Under the pieces are notes generated by a model. It had not been told where the DNA came from. It saw nothing but the letters and a program-made list of their open reading frames with translations, and searched no databases. 64,000 bases of DNA, from the IMG/VR virus record IMGVR_UViG_3300017987_005501; one strand, given 5' to 3'. The translations under genes were made by a program, and so were the position numbers. Every line of letters begins with the position of its first letter. The stretch's first letter is position 1. Origin of the DNA: a virus. Lineage: Duplodnaviria > Caudoviricetes. Shown here piece by piece: positions 20,812 to 30,094 of the stretch.

Positions 20812-21552
20812 ATGACGAAAGAAAACACCACCAAGTGCCCAGAAGACGTTTACGAAAGTTACCTCAGCTTTAATGAAGCTCTCGAATATAAAGAGAGATT
20901 TATCGAACTGTTTCGCATTGGAAGGCTTCATCAATTAGCCCAAAAAATTCTCAGTGGAAGAAAACGGAAACTTGGTGGAAAGCTTACCGGGGATCTTAGC
21001 GCCGACCGGGTTGTTCAAGATCTTGCTGTTGAGTTCCTCCGCCCCGTTAAAGGTCAAGGGATTGAAAAGAAATCGGATCTTCATAGGTTCCGTCTATATA
21101 ATCCTGGGAAAGGAACAAAGTTCGAGACTTATATCTATCAATGCATGAGTAACTTGGTAATTACACTAATTGATAAGTATAACCGGAATCCCGAGCCCGT
21201 AAGCTACGATAATATAATTGGAAGCGAAAACGAAGAAAACCCTTTCCTTAATATTATTGCAGTAGAGAATCTTGATCTTGATCCTTCCCTCGTAGAGTCA
21301 GCGATTAGGGAGTTCCAAAAAACTATAGAAGATAAGCTCGAAAAGTTTGTTTTTGAGAAGCTCCTTGAGGGTCTTGGAAAAACTAAAAAGGGAATCCCGA
21401 AGGAATTTAAGCCAAAGGATTTCTGTCAAAAAGCAGAAGAAGCCGGAAGGATTAAAAATGGGAAAAGGATGTACACCCGGATTCTTAAATGTCGTAGAGA
21501 GCTCCTAGAAAAGTTTAAGGAGTTCCTTGAGAAAAGCGATCTTTTCGTTTAA
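20812..21552 (+). CDS. Sigma-70-like factor (divergent), paralog 2
   Basis: DRVVQDLAVEFL...LYNPGKGTKFETYIYQCMSN resembles sigma region 2.2-2.3 (FDPxKGxKFSTYA); C-terminal HTH-like segment. Confidence 0.68.
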   Translation: MTKENTTKCPEDVYESYLSFNEALEYKERFIELFRIGRLHQLAQKILSGRKRKLGGKLTGDLSADRVVQDLAVEFLRPVKGQGIEKKSDLHRFRLYNPGKGTKFETYIYQCMSNLVITLIDKYNRNPEPVSYDNIIGSENEENPFLNIIAVENLDLDPSLVESAIREFQKTIEDKLEKFVFEKLLEGLGKTKKGIPKEFKPKDFCQKAEEAGRIKNGKRMYTRILKCRRELLEKFKEFLEKSDLFV

Positions 21553-21564
21553 GAGGAAAGAGCT

Positions 21565-21594
21565 AAAAACCCCAACGAATGTTGGGGTTTTTTT
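21565..21594 (+). terminator. Intrinsic terminator (potentially bidirectional)
   Basis: AAAAACCCCAAC-gaat-GTTGGGGTTTTTTT directly after the second sigma-like gene. Confidence 0.9.
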
Positions 21595-21601
21595 ATCGAA
21601 A

Positions 21602-21631
21602 TTGAACTGCTTAATTGGTACTATATATAAT
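21602..21631 (+). promoter_or_regulatory. Sigma-70-type promoter for queE
   Basis: TTGAAC-N18-TATAAT followed by AAGGAG and the ATG at 21662. Confidence 0.45.
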
Positions 21632-21661
21632 TCAAAGAAAAATTAAAGGAGAGTCCTTACT

Positions 21662-22414
21662 ATGCCAAAAACATTAATAGAACAAAAGCCAGATTTTTCC
21701 AAAAAAGTTGATGGGGAATCCAAATTAGGAATCGCCGAAATGTTTTCTGATACCCTCCAAGGGGAAGGAACCCATACAGGCGTCCCAGCTACTTTTATTC
21801 GGTTGCAAGGGTGCACGCTAAAATGCAAATGGTGCGACACCATAGATGTCTGGCCACACGGAAACGAATATTCCTTTGAAGAGATCTTTAAATTGTTCGA
21901 TTCCATAAACTTGTCAGAAAGATTAAAAGAGGGGCAGCATTTAGTTTTTACTGGGGGAAGCCCCCTTAAACAGCAGGATCGGCTATATGCCTTTGTTCAG
22001 GATTTTATTGGTCGCTATGGATTCAAACCTTATATTGAAATTGAAAACGAAGGGGTCATACTAGCAGAAGAAAAATTTATCAAGTTGGTAGACTGCTGGA
22101 ACAATAGCCCGAAATTAGCAAATTCTGGGATGAAGGAAAAGGCAAGGCTTAAACCAGAAGTTATTAAACAATTAAATGGGTTTGAGAATTCGTGGTTTAA
22201 ATTCGTTATTTCGGATGAATCCGATTGGGAAGAAATTGAGAAAGACTTCTTACCCCTAATTGATAAAGAGAAGGTCATTCTAATGCCCGAGGGAATAACC
22301 CAAGAAGAATTAAACCCCAGAAGAGAGTTTGTTGCGGGCATGGCAATTAAGCATGGGGTTAGGTTTTCTGATCGTCTCCACGTTACAATCTGGAACAAAA
22401 AAACTGGCGTGTAA
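21662..22414 (+). CDS. queE: 7-carboxy-7-deazaguanine synthase (radical SAM)
   Basis: EMFSDTLQGEG..TGVPATFIRLQGCTLKCKWCDT, VFTGGSP, NSPKL, WFKFVI, LMPEG, RFSDRLH. Confidence 0.9.
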   Translation: MPKTLIEQKPDFSKKVDGESKLGIAEMFSDTLQGEGTHTGVPATFIRLQGCTLKCKWCDTIDVWPHGNEYSFEEIFKLFDSINLSERLKEGQHLVFTGGSPLKQQDRLYAFVQDFIGRYGFKPYIEIENEGVILAEEKFIKLVDCWNNSPKLANSGMKEKARLKPEVIKQLNGFENSWFKFVISDESDWEEIEKDFLPLIDKEKVILMPEGITQEELNPRREFVAGMAIKHGVRFSDRLHVTIWNKKTGV

Positions 22415-22440
22415 AAATTAAACTTGTTTAGGAGCTTAGG

Positions 22441-23076
22441 ATGAATGTACAAAGTAGTAGCCAAGATGGGGCACAGAGGCACCAACGCTTGAACGAGCTT
22501 TTTACGCTTGTTATGCGCCAACAAAAATTAAAGGAATCGGAACAAAAAGAGTTGGAAGAAATTTTTAAGTTTTGCCAGCATATGGATTATAAGAAAGGCA
22601 ACTCTAAATGTAAGCATTGTTGGGGGAAGGGATATATAATTGAATCGGTAGACGCAAATAAATTAGAAAAGCCTTGTTTTTGTGTAAGAAAATATTACCA
22701 AAAGAAAGGAAGCCCTGACCATATTTACCTTAACCAGTATGAGTATGAAATTATAGAAAACTCAATTAAGTATTATAAAGATAATAACAAACTTGATAAA
22801 ATGATCGATCCCGAAACACAAGAAGATATTGTTCAGTCCGATTATAGGGTTGTTTCTCAAGACGACAGTAAGGTTGAGATCCAGTTTAGGTTAGAGAAAA
22901 AAGAAGGCAATTTCGCTGAAGATGAAGAAAAAACCTTTATTAATCGACCTATCCGAAATAAGGAGGGGGAGAAAATTGGGTTTATTAATGCGGCTCAAAG
23001 GATGGCCGATAAAATGATTCTCGCTAGTGCCCTAATTGAGAAAGAGCACTACGAAGATGCGTCGCAAGAGTCTTAG
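22441..23076 (+). CDS. Hypothetical protein with a CxxCxGxG...CxC zinc motif
   Basis: CKHCWGKG...KPCFC. Confidence 0.6.
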   Translation: MNVQSSSQDGAQRHQRLNELFTLVMRQQKLKESEQKELEEIFKFCQHMDYKKGNSKCKHCWGKGYIIESVDANKLEKPCFCVRKYYQKKGSPDHIYLNQYEYEIIENSIKYYKDNNKLDKMIDPETQEDIVQSDYRVVSQDDSKVEIQFRLEKKEGNFAEDEEKTFINRPIRNKEGEKIGFINAAQRMADKMILASALIEKEHYEDASQES

Positions 23077-24949
23077 AATCCATTGTATTTAAGCAGCACC
23101 TTCTTAAGAGGGTTGCTGCTTTTTTCATGCTTATTGCTTTTTCCTCGTCTTCTTGGGCCTTTCCTAATCTTTTAAGAGCTGCTATAATCATCTCTTTATG
23201 GTCGCCAAACTTAAAAGATAATTCCCCAACTTTTTTAAGGGGGACCCATTCTACCGTCTCAACCTCTTCCGGCTGAGGGGTAAGTTCCGGAAATTGATTG
23301 GAGGAGTTTGCACGTACGAAACCAACATATGCTGTAGTTCCAATGAATCTAGGGTCGGACTTCAACCTGTCCTTTGCTGATTTAGGGCCTAGCGACGTTG
23401 CTAGCCACTGAACTTTGCTTGGATCCAAACCTGTTTCTTCTCCCAATTCCCTTTCTGCTGCTTGTTTAGAGCTTTCGGAGTTTCCTCCGGGCAGAGGATC
23501 GATCATCCCTCCCGGGAGTGCCCAGGCATTACTTCCTTTTCGCTGAATTAACAAAATATGAGTAACGTTTTGGCCAGTAATTCCAAAAATAATACTATCC
23601 GCAGCAAAAGATTCAAAGGATAATCCAGTAGGGCCTTCTGCGTCCTCGCTAAACCTAGAGACTGTATACTCAATACCGTCTTTTGGTCGGCCTAATTTTT
23701 GTAAATAATAAACCCTATTAAACTTCTGAGGAAATTCTTTGTTATTATATTCCTCGATTCTATCTATAGGATACCCAACGTCGTTTTCTTTTGCTAGGAA
23801 CTTAACTCCAGCGTCGTCTTCGTTTGCAACTAAGGTAATAAGGTAATCATCAGAATTGGGGAGGCTTTTAACCTCCTTCATGATTCCATGATAAGCTTGT
23901 ACATTCCCCTCTAGCCCCCGAACACGTTGTTTTTTGATTTCGTCTGTATCGCTTTCAACTGTTGTTCCGATATCAGAATCTATCATTACAGTATCTGTTT
24001 TTGTAGAAACTTCTGGCCTAGGTATCTTCTGGGTTTTTTCTGAAGATATAAGATTATCATAAAAAGCTCTTAGTTGAAGATCATCTCTCTCGGAAAGTTT
24101 TTTAGAGTATTTTTCAACCAAAGCAGAAGCTTCCCTTTCACTGCCCGTCTGAATTGCTTCCTTAACCTCTTTCTTCGCCTCTTCCAGAGTAATTCCTTTT
24201 TCAATAGGGGGTAATTTCTTTTCTAGTTTCCCAAGCATCTCAAAAAGGCGTGGGGCCTCAGTCCGCTCTTTCGCTTTCTCTAAAAGGTTTCTAACCTTCT
24301 TGGGAGATTCCTTTTTATAAAAGTAGGCAACTGCAAAGTAATAGAGTTCAGTTGCATTTAGTCCGTGATATAATTTATCGCTAAACACACCCCTCTTTGC
24401 CTTTTCTCTTAATTTTTCAAGAAGCGCATCCGGGTCTTTTTTAACATCGCCAAGGGTAATTTTCTCTGGCCTAGGTTTTTTTGACGCCGCCTCTTCTGGC
24501 CGAGGTTCTGCAATCTCCTCCAGTTGAGGTTCCGCAGGTTTAGGAGCCTCTGGCTTCCCTGCTTCTTGTTTAATACTTTTAAATAGGTCTTCCCTATTCC
24601 TAACCCAGGATTTAACTTGTTTGATATAAGGCTTTATTTTAGCATAGTCCGCGGGGCTAAGAACAATTGAAAGCTGTCTATCTTTTTGAAAAAGAATAAA
24701 GGAGATAGTTTCTTCCTGTTCCCGTTGAACTCTTTTTAACTGGGCTTCATTGCCTTTCCAAGTCGTTTGCCCGGTAGGAGCAAACTTTTCCATAATATTA
24801 AGAGCTATAAAATAGGGTATATCTTTTTTTAATTGTAAAGGAGCCCCATTACGAATATCCGTAACAACTATATCTTTATCTGGGATTAAGGCAGCATAAG
24901 CCAATGCTGCTATCTTCTTATTGGGGCTAGAAAAGTCTAGTTTGAACAT
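23024..24949 (-). CDS. 641-aa protein with a C-terminal NUDIX hydrolase domain (ADP-ribose pyrophosphatase-like)
   Basis: AADSIIF...ILLIQRK..WALPGGMID...AAERELGEETG Nudix box; the N-terminal ~440 aa are unrecognised. Confidence 0.82.
   Translation of the reverse strand: MFKLDFSSPNKKIAALAYAALIPDKDIVVTDIRNGAPLQLKKDIPYFIALNIMEKFAPTGQTTWKGNEAQLKRVQREQEETISFILFQKDRQLSIVLSPADYAKIKPYIKQVKSWVRNREDLFKSIKQEAGKPEAPKPAEPQLEEIAEPRPEEAASKKPRPEKITLGDVKKDPDALLEKLREKAKRGVFSDKLYHGLNATELYYFAVAYFYKKESPKKVRNLLEKAKERTEAPRLFEMLGKLEKKLPPIEKGITLEEAKKEVKEAIQTGSEREASALVEKYSKKLSERDDLQLRAFYDNLISSEKTQKIPRPEVSTKTDTVMIDSDIGTTVESDTDEIKKQRVRGLEGNVQAYHGIMKEVKSLPNSDDYLITLVANEDDAGVKFLAKENDVGYPIDRIEEYNNKEFPQKFNRVYYLQKLGRPKDGIEYTVSRFSEDAEGPTGLSFESFAADSIIFGITGQNVTHILLIQRKGSNAWALPGGMIDPLPGGNSESSKQAAERELGEETGLDPSKVQWLATSLGPKSAKDRLKSDPRFIGTTAYVGFVRANSSNQFPELTPQPEEVETVEWVPLKKVGELSFKFGDHKEMIIAALKRLGKAQEDEEKAISMKKAATLLRRCCLNTMDSKTLATHLRSALSQLGH
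23091..23125 (+). terminator. Intrinsic terminator of the queE operon, overlapping the 3' end of the NUDIX gene
   Basis: AAGCAGCACC-ttcttaagag-GGTTGCTGCTT followed by a T run. Confidence 0.7.
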
Positions 24950-25057
24950 AAAGTTTACCTGGGTAAGTTTTTTTACACACTAATGTATAATATTCTAATT
25001 ATATATCTATCTTTAATAGAAATAGATAATTTCAAAATTTCTCTCTTTTAAAGAAAA

Positions 25058-25324
25058 ATGAAGCATAAAAATAGACTTTTAAGAATCGCATACACCTTGA
25101 ACACAGCAGCAGACAGTCTAGAGCAGCTAACGGAGAAGCTTTCATCTGCCAGGAAAGAGTTAAAGCAGATTATGAAAGAAAAGGGTATAAAACTCCCCGT
25201 CGAGACTAAACACACCAAAAAAGGATCATACCTAAAAGTTTCTTATTTCGAAGAAAAGCCAGACCTCCCGAACGAACTAAATAAAATCGAAATTCGATTT
25301 GCCAAGAAGAAAAAATCTCAATAA
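25058..25324 (+). CDS. Small basic hypothetical protein
   Basis: 88 aa, MKHKNRLLRIAYTL...; divergent from the NUDIX gene. Confidence 0.55.
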   Translation: MKHKNRLLRIAYTLNTAADSLEQLTEKLSSARKELKQIMKEKGIKLPVETKHTKKGSYLKVSYFEEKPDLPNELNKIEIRFAKKKKSQ

Positions 25325-25372
25325 CTAATTCGGTATAATAGGAAAAGAGTTATCTATATTTATGGGGTTTCC

Positions 25373-27208
25373 ATGAAATTCAATGCCGAACAATTCGAAA
25401 TTATCAAGCATAAAACTGGCCCTCTTGCTGTAATGGCAAACCCAGGAACAGGAAAAACAGCCACCATTTGTTCCCGAACTATAGAGTTAATTAAAAAAGG
25501 GGACTGCAAAGATTATCAAATCCTACTCATTACGTTTACAAATAAAGCTAAAAATGAAATGAAAGAAAGGCTTGAAAAAGCTTTGGGGAAAAATGGGGTT
25601 CGGGTTTATACCTTCCATGGGTTCGGGGCAGTCCTATTAAGAGAGTTTGGAACGTTAATCGATATCAAAAAAAATTATACAATCATAGATGAAAGCGAAA
25701 CAATCTCTTGGCTAAAGAAAGAATTAAATGTTGCTAATTCAAAAATAACGCCCAAACAAGTTATCTTCTATTTTCAAGACTCCCAAAACTACGATAAAGA
25801 CTTTTATAAGTATCTAGATGATAAAGGGGCCGATTTTGAAACTAAAGAATTTTTAGACCCCCTCCATAAGAAATACACCGAATGGAAACGAGCCTTGAAT
25901 ACGGTGGATCTCGGGGACTTACAAACTCTTGCCCTAAAACTAATTAGAGAAAAGATTCAAAAACAAATTGAGAAAAAATATCGTTTTATGATGGTTGACG
26001 AGTTTCAAGATACAAACCAGATTCAACTAGAATTAGTGAAAGAAATTTGCCAAAACCATAAAAATATCATAATTGTTGGGGATATGCGGCAGGGGATTTA
26101 TAGTTGGAGAGGGGCAGAACCTAAAAATATTGGGAACTTTGTTGAATACTTTGATTCAAAGGTAATTAACCTAAATAAGAATTATCGCAGTTGTAAATCG
26201 ATTATTGCTACCTATAATAAGTTAATTGATAAAAGCCATCATAATTTTGGTGCTCCAACTGCAGCGACGAAATCAAAAAGCGGTTTAGTTAAATATTTCA
26301 CGTTTGAGGACGACATAATAGAAGCAGAGGCAATTTATAAATTCATTGAGGAATTACAGCGAAAAGTCGGACTAAGGTTAGGGGAAATTGCGATTCTCTA
26401 TAGAACTAATGCCTTAAGCCGTTCTTTTGAAGACCTATTTAGAAGAAACCAGGTACCATACCAGCTAATTGGGTCTAAATCCTTTTATGATCGGCGAGAA
26501 GTGAAAGACTTCCTTAGCTTCTTTAAATGGATGTATAATCCTGCCGACGTTGCTGCTGCTGTTAGGTTTGCTACAATGACCAAATGCGGGGTTGGGCAAA
26601 AAACAATTGAAAATGTTTATACTGAACATTTTGCAAGTAAGGATAGAATCACATTTGACGACTTTAATAAAGTTTTAGGGTTGCTAAGGCCAAAGGCCGA
26701 AAGCTTTTTTAGTTATCTAGTATCTCTTAGTAAAAAGAAATTAGTTACTATTGCCGAAGATTTCTTAAACAAATATAAAGTAATCTCTAGGTTGAAAGAA
26801 CAAGATCGGAAAAAGAATGAAACAAGGGCAGATAACGTAATTAGTTTATTAAACTTGTTAAAGCAAAACCCAAATTGGTCTTTACAAGAGTTTTTGGATA
26901 GCTTTTGTTTAGAGAAACCAAAAGACGACCCCGACGATGACGATAATAAAATTAGCCTTCTTACAATACATAAATCAAAGGGACTTGAATTTAGGGCCGT
27001 TTTCTTAATTGGGTTTGATGAGGGAATCCTTCCACACTCTATGTCAATTGAGGAAGGAAATATAGAAGAAGAAAGAAGGGCAGCATATGTAGCCTTCTCT
27101 CGCGCAGAAGAGTTTTTAGTGATTACTAGTTCCCGATTTAGAACTTTAGCATATAATCGTTCTTATACTACAAGTAGGTTTTTTCAAGATATCGAATTGG
27201 AGACATAA
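25373..27208 (+). CDS. uvrD: UvrD/PcrA superfamily-1 helicase
   Basis: ANPGTGKT, LITFTNKA, TFHGF, VDEFQDTN, VGDMRQGIYSWRGA, NYRS, LYRTN, LTIHKSKGLEF, EERRAAYVAFSRA. Confidence 0.95.
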   Translation: MKFNAEQFEIIKHKTGPLAVMANPGTGKTATICSRTIELIKKGDCKDYQILLITFTNKAKNEMKERLEKALGKNGVRVYTFHGFGAVLLREFGTLIDIKKNYTIIDESETISWLKKELNVANSKITPKQVIFYFQDSQNYDKDFYKYLDDKGADFETKEFLDPLHKKYTEWKRALNTVDLGDLQTLALKLIREKIQKQIEKKYRFMMVDEFQDTNQIQLELVKEICQNHKNIIIVGDMRQGIYSWRGAEPKNIGNFVEYFDSKVINLNKNYRSCKSIIATYNKLIDKSHHNFGAPTAATKSKSGLVKYFTFEDDIIEAEAIYKFIEELQRKVGLRLGEIAILYRTNALSRSFEDLFRRNQVPYQLIGSKSFYDRREVKDFLSFFKWMYNPADVAAAVRFATMTKCGVGQKTIENVYTEHFASKDRITFDDFNKVLGLLRPKAESFFSYLVSLSKKKLVTIAEDFLNKYKVISRLKEQDRKKNETRADNVISLLNLLKQNPNWSLQEFLDSFCLEKPKDDPDDDDNKISLLTIHKSKGLEFRAVFLIGFDEGILPHSMSIEEGNIEEERRAAYVAFSRAEEFLVITSSRFRTLAYNRSYTTSRFFQDIELET

Positions 27209-27778
27209 ATGCTGTTAATCGATTTAGATGGAACTTTAGCAGATTTCGAACAAGGCTTTATTAATACCTGGAAAAAGTTATATCCGGGGGTACCACACTT
27301 ACCAAAAGAATCGAGAAAGTGTTTCTATTTACATGAGGAATATCCGGAAGAGCAAAGAGAGAAGGTTCTCAGTGTTTATAGAACTAACTTTTATCTAGAA
27401 ACCCCTCCCCTCCCTGGGGCAGTTGAAGCTATTCATGAGATGGAAAACTTAGGAATAGATTTCCGGATTTGTACGGCTCCCCCATCAATAGAATATGCCC
27501 AATTTGAAGGCTTACAGAATCAAGTATCTGGGAAATATTGGTGGGTTAAAAAATTCTTGGGAGAACAAATTTTAAAGAAGATTGTTATTAGTGGGGATAA
27601 AACAATTATTAGAGGAAAATACCTAATAGATGATAAACCCAAAATAACAGGGTCCTTATATCCAGCTTGGGAACATATTATTTTCGACCAACCCTACAAT
27701 AAAAGGTGCAAGGGAAGAAGGATTAACTGGGATAATTGGAAAGAGATCATCTTGGAGGAAAAAAATGCCAACGTATGA
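27209..27778 (+). CDS. 5'(3')-deoxyribonucleotidase (NT5C, HAD family)
   Basis: LIDLDGTLADF, DK..I.G.YLIDDKP, IFDQPYN. Confidence 0.9.
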   Translation: MLLIDLDGTLADFEQGFINTWKKLYPGVPHLPKESRKCFYLHEEYPEEQREKVLSVYRTNFYLETPPLPGAVEAIHEMENLGIDFRICTAPPSIEYAQFEGLQNQVSGKYWWVKKFLGEQILKKIVISGDKTIIRGKYLIDDKPKITGSLYPAWEHIIFDQPYNKRCKGRRINWDNWKEIILEEKNANV

Positions 27779-27974
27779 TTACCGTTGTGAAAGTTGTGGC
27801 CATACCTGGGAAGTTTTCCAGCCGGTGAAAGCTAAAAAGATTAATACTTGCCCGAATTGTCAAAAAGAGACCGCGAAAAGACTAATTTCAGGAGGGGCCG
27901 GTGTAATCTTTAAGGGGCAGGGATTTTACGAGACAGATTATAAACGTAAAAAAGATCCCAAGAAAAAAGAATGA
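27765..27974 (+). CDS. FmdB-family zinc-ribbon protein
   Basis: MPTYDYRCESCGH...CPNCQ...RLISGGAGVIFKGQGFYETDY. Confidence 0.9.
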   Translation: MPTYDYRCESCGHTWEVFQPVKAKKINTCPNCQKETAKRLISGGAGVIFKGQGFYETDYKRKKDPKKKE

Positions 27975-28891
27975 AAAAAGTAGTCGCTATTGGGGGAGGA
28001 ACTGGCTTATCCACACTTCTCCAAGGCTTAATAAGTTTTGACGTAGATATTACTGCTATTGTAGCAGTAACTGATAATGGAGGATCCTCGGGAAGACTCA
28101 GGGTCCTTTATGACGTTATACCCCCTGGGGATATTCGTAATTGTATTTCTGCCCTTGCCCCTCGACCCACAGCTAAACTTCTTCAGCACCGTTTCTCAGG
28201 AAACGAATTAGATAAACACGCCGCTGGAAATTTACTATTACTTTCAGCATTTCAACAAAATAAAACTCCAACAATTGGAACTAAAAGAGTTTGCAGAGCT
28301 TTAGGGATTAAGCATACAGTTCTTCCTGTCTCAAATAAGAAATTGACACTTCTCGCAAAATACGGAAAAAAGAAAATAACCGGCGAAGTTGATATCTCAA
28401 AAGAGAAAGAAACCGTTAATAGGGTTTCGCTTAAACCCGAAAACGCACAAACTACCCCCGAAGTGTTAAAGGCAATTAAAGCAGCGGATATTATTACCAT
28501 TGGGCCTGGGTCACTTTTTACAAGCGTTATAGCGCCTTTACTTACCCCTGGGGTGAGAGAAGCCGTTAAGGAAAGCAACGCGCCCAAACACTATATTTGT
28601 AATTTAATGACGCAGCCGAACGAGACCCTAAATTTCTCTGCTAAAGACCACCTTAAAGCACTAATTACACATACCGGGAAAAATTATGATTTTTGTTATG
28701 TTAATATAGGAAAACCACCTAAACAGATAAGCACCCAATACGAAAAAGAGAAACAATCTTTTATAAAAATTAATCTAAAAGATATATACCAAGGCACAAA
28801 AATAATCCAAAATAACTATTTGGATATAAAAGGAAAAAGGATTCGGCATAACGCCGAATCCTTAATAAAAGATATCCTTAGAAACTCTTAA
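27971..28891 (+). CDS. yvcK: YvcK/GlmR (UPF0052, CofD-like) UDP-GlcNAc-binding protein
   Basis: VAIGGGTGLS, TAIVAVTDNGGSSGRLR, PPGDIRNC, GEVDI, IGPGSLFTSV, NLMTQPNET, RH near the C-terminus. Confidence 0.93.
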   Translation: MKKVVAIGGGTGLSTLLQGLISFDVDITAIVAVTDNGGSSGRLRVLYDVIPPGDIRNCISALAPRPTAKLLQHRFSGNELDKHAAGNLLLLSAFQQNKTPTIGTKRVCRALGIKHTVLPVSNKKLTLLAKYGKKKITGEVDISKEKETVNRVSLKPENAQTTPEVLKAIKAADIITIGPGSLFTSVIAPLLTPGVREAVKESNAPKHYICNLMTQPNETLNFSAKDHLKALITHTGKNYDFCYVNIGKPPKQISTQYEKEKQSFIKINLKDIYQGTKIIQNNYLDIKGKRIRHNAESLIKDILRNS

Positions 28892-29493
28892 ACGCTTTCT
28901 GATTCCTCAACTGTTCCATCAGTATCTTCGTCTTCGGGGGTTTCTTCATTATTAGGTAGTTCGTTCTGCCCTTCATTTATTCTTCCAAGAACTTCCCCGA
29001 CATCATCAGCATCCAAGTTTGTGGGGTCAACCATTCGGTTTCTCCTAACCCATACAACTACGTCAATTCCAATTTGGGCGGCAAGCGCGACAAGGATACC
29101 GCCTACCTGCATAACAGGATCTGTTTCAGCAAGGCCGCTACCCATAACAAACCCAAGTGCGGTTGTTGCCACATCTAACCAATAATCCTTTGTCCTATAT
29201 GCTGGTTGGTTTGGGTAAGAGCGGGACCTAAGCCTGTTAGAAGCAACATTGTACCCGAGATAATAAAGAACCATACCCACTGGAGTTGCAATTTGGACAA
29301 GCCAATGAGTTACCGGGAGGCCGCTAGCGAGAATAAAAGCTACAATGGTTGCGAGGGCACTAAGCCAAAAAGGAATAGTCTTCCAAGGAGCTGGCGCCCT
29401 TCCTGCTCTTTCGTTTGTCTCCCTCTCAAGGTCTTCAAGTGCGTCGTCAAAGTCGGGAGGAGTAAGCGCACTTTCTGGTTTGGTTTCTGCCAT
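28888..29493 (-). CDS. Membrane protein with an internally duplicated hydrophobic hairpin (holin-like)
   Basis: Two copies: KTIPFWLSALATIVAFILASGL...QIATPVG and RTKDYWLDVATTALGFVMGSGL...QVGGILV; acidic tails. Confidence 0.6.
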   Translation of the reverse strand: MAETKPESALTPPDFDDALEDLERETNERAGRAPAPWKTIPFWLSALATIVAFILASGLPVTHWLVQIATPVGMVLYYLGYNVASNRLRSRSYPNQPAYRTKDYWLDVATTALGFVMGSGLAETDPVMQVGGILVALAAQIGIDVVVWVRRNRMVDPTNLDADDVGEVLGRINEGQNELPNNEETPEDEDTDGTVEESESV

Positions 29494-29565
29494 TTTATTG
29501 TCTCCTTTATATAAAAGATCTTATTTTTTATACGAATTCTGTTACTTAGTTTTTATAAACAGTTT

Positions 29566-30012
29566 TTAGATTTTTTCTAGTTCGAGCCTAAACCATAGCT
29601 CCAAAGGTTCCTTAGAAGCTTTTCCTTTCGGGGAATTGTGCTCTATTCCCTTCCCCAACTGTATGGAATAATAAGTTTTAATCGTGCTTTTTAGTATATT
29701 TTTAACTACCGAATTAATCTCTTCAATTGCTTTGTCAGCTGCTTCCTTTGTTTTTTTATTAACCCTACAAAAAATGGTTAAGTACGATTTTTTACCCGCA
29801 CGCGAATCTAGCTGAAACTCCATTCTTAACCCATTGGGTGGATTTATTGCTTTATAGTAGTATCTTAAACCCTCTCGGTCTCCCATATAAATGGAATCAA
29901 GTTCATTTTGTAAGGCATGGTCTAGGAGAAAAATAGTATCTGTTTCAACTATTTCCCTAGCAAATCTTTTTAGAAGCGATGTTAATTTTATAAGTTTTTC
30001 AGATGATTTCAT
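29566..30012 (-). CDS. Hypothetical protein
   Basis: 148-aa ORF on the strand opposite its neighbours. Confidence 0.55.
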   Translation of the reverse strand: MKSSEKLIKLTSLLKRFAREIVETDTIFLLDHALQNELDSIYMGDREGLRYYYKAINPPNGLRMEFQLDSRAGKKSYLTIFCRVNKKTKEAADKAIEEINSVVKNILKSTIKTYYSIQLGKGIEHNSPKGKASKEPLELWFRLELEKI

Positions 30013-30094
30013 TCTTTTGCGCTTTTTTGTTATTAAAACTCAAGGTATAAAAACGGTAAAAATTAATGGATTATTGTTTCAAAGGAGATTTAGT

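Noticed and set aside
29891-30094. N-terminal extensions given in the ORF track for thyA (also dnaJ 44918-44950, iscA 57130-57255, 31460-31528 and 32123-32161)
   Set aside because: They overlap neighbouring genes or elements, and downstream ATGs match the family N-termini and, in most cases, SD sites.
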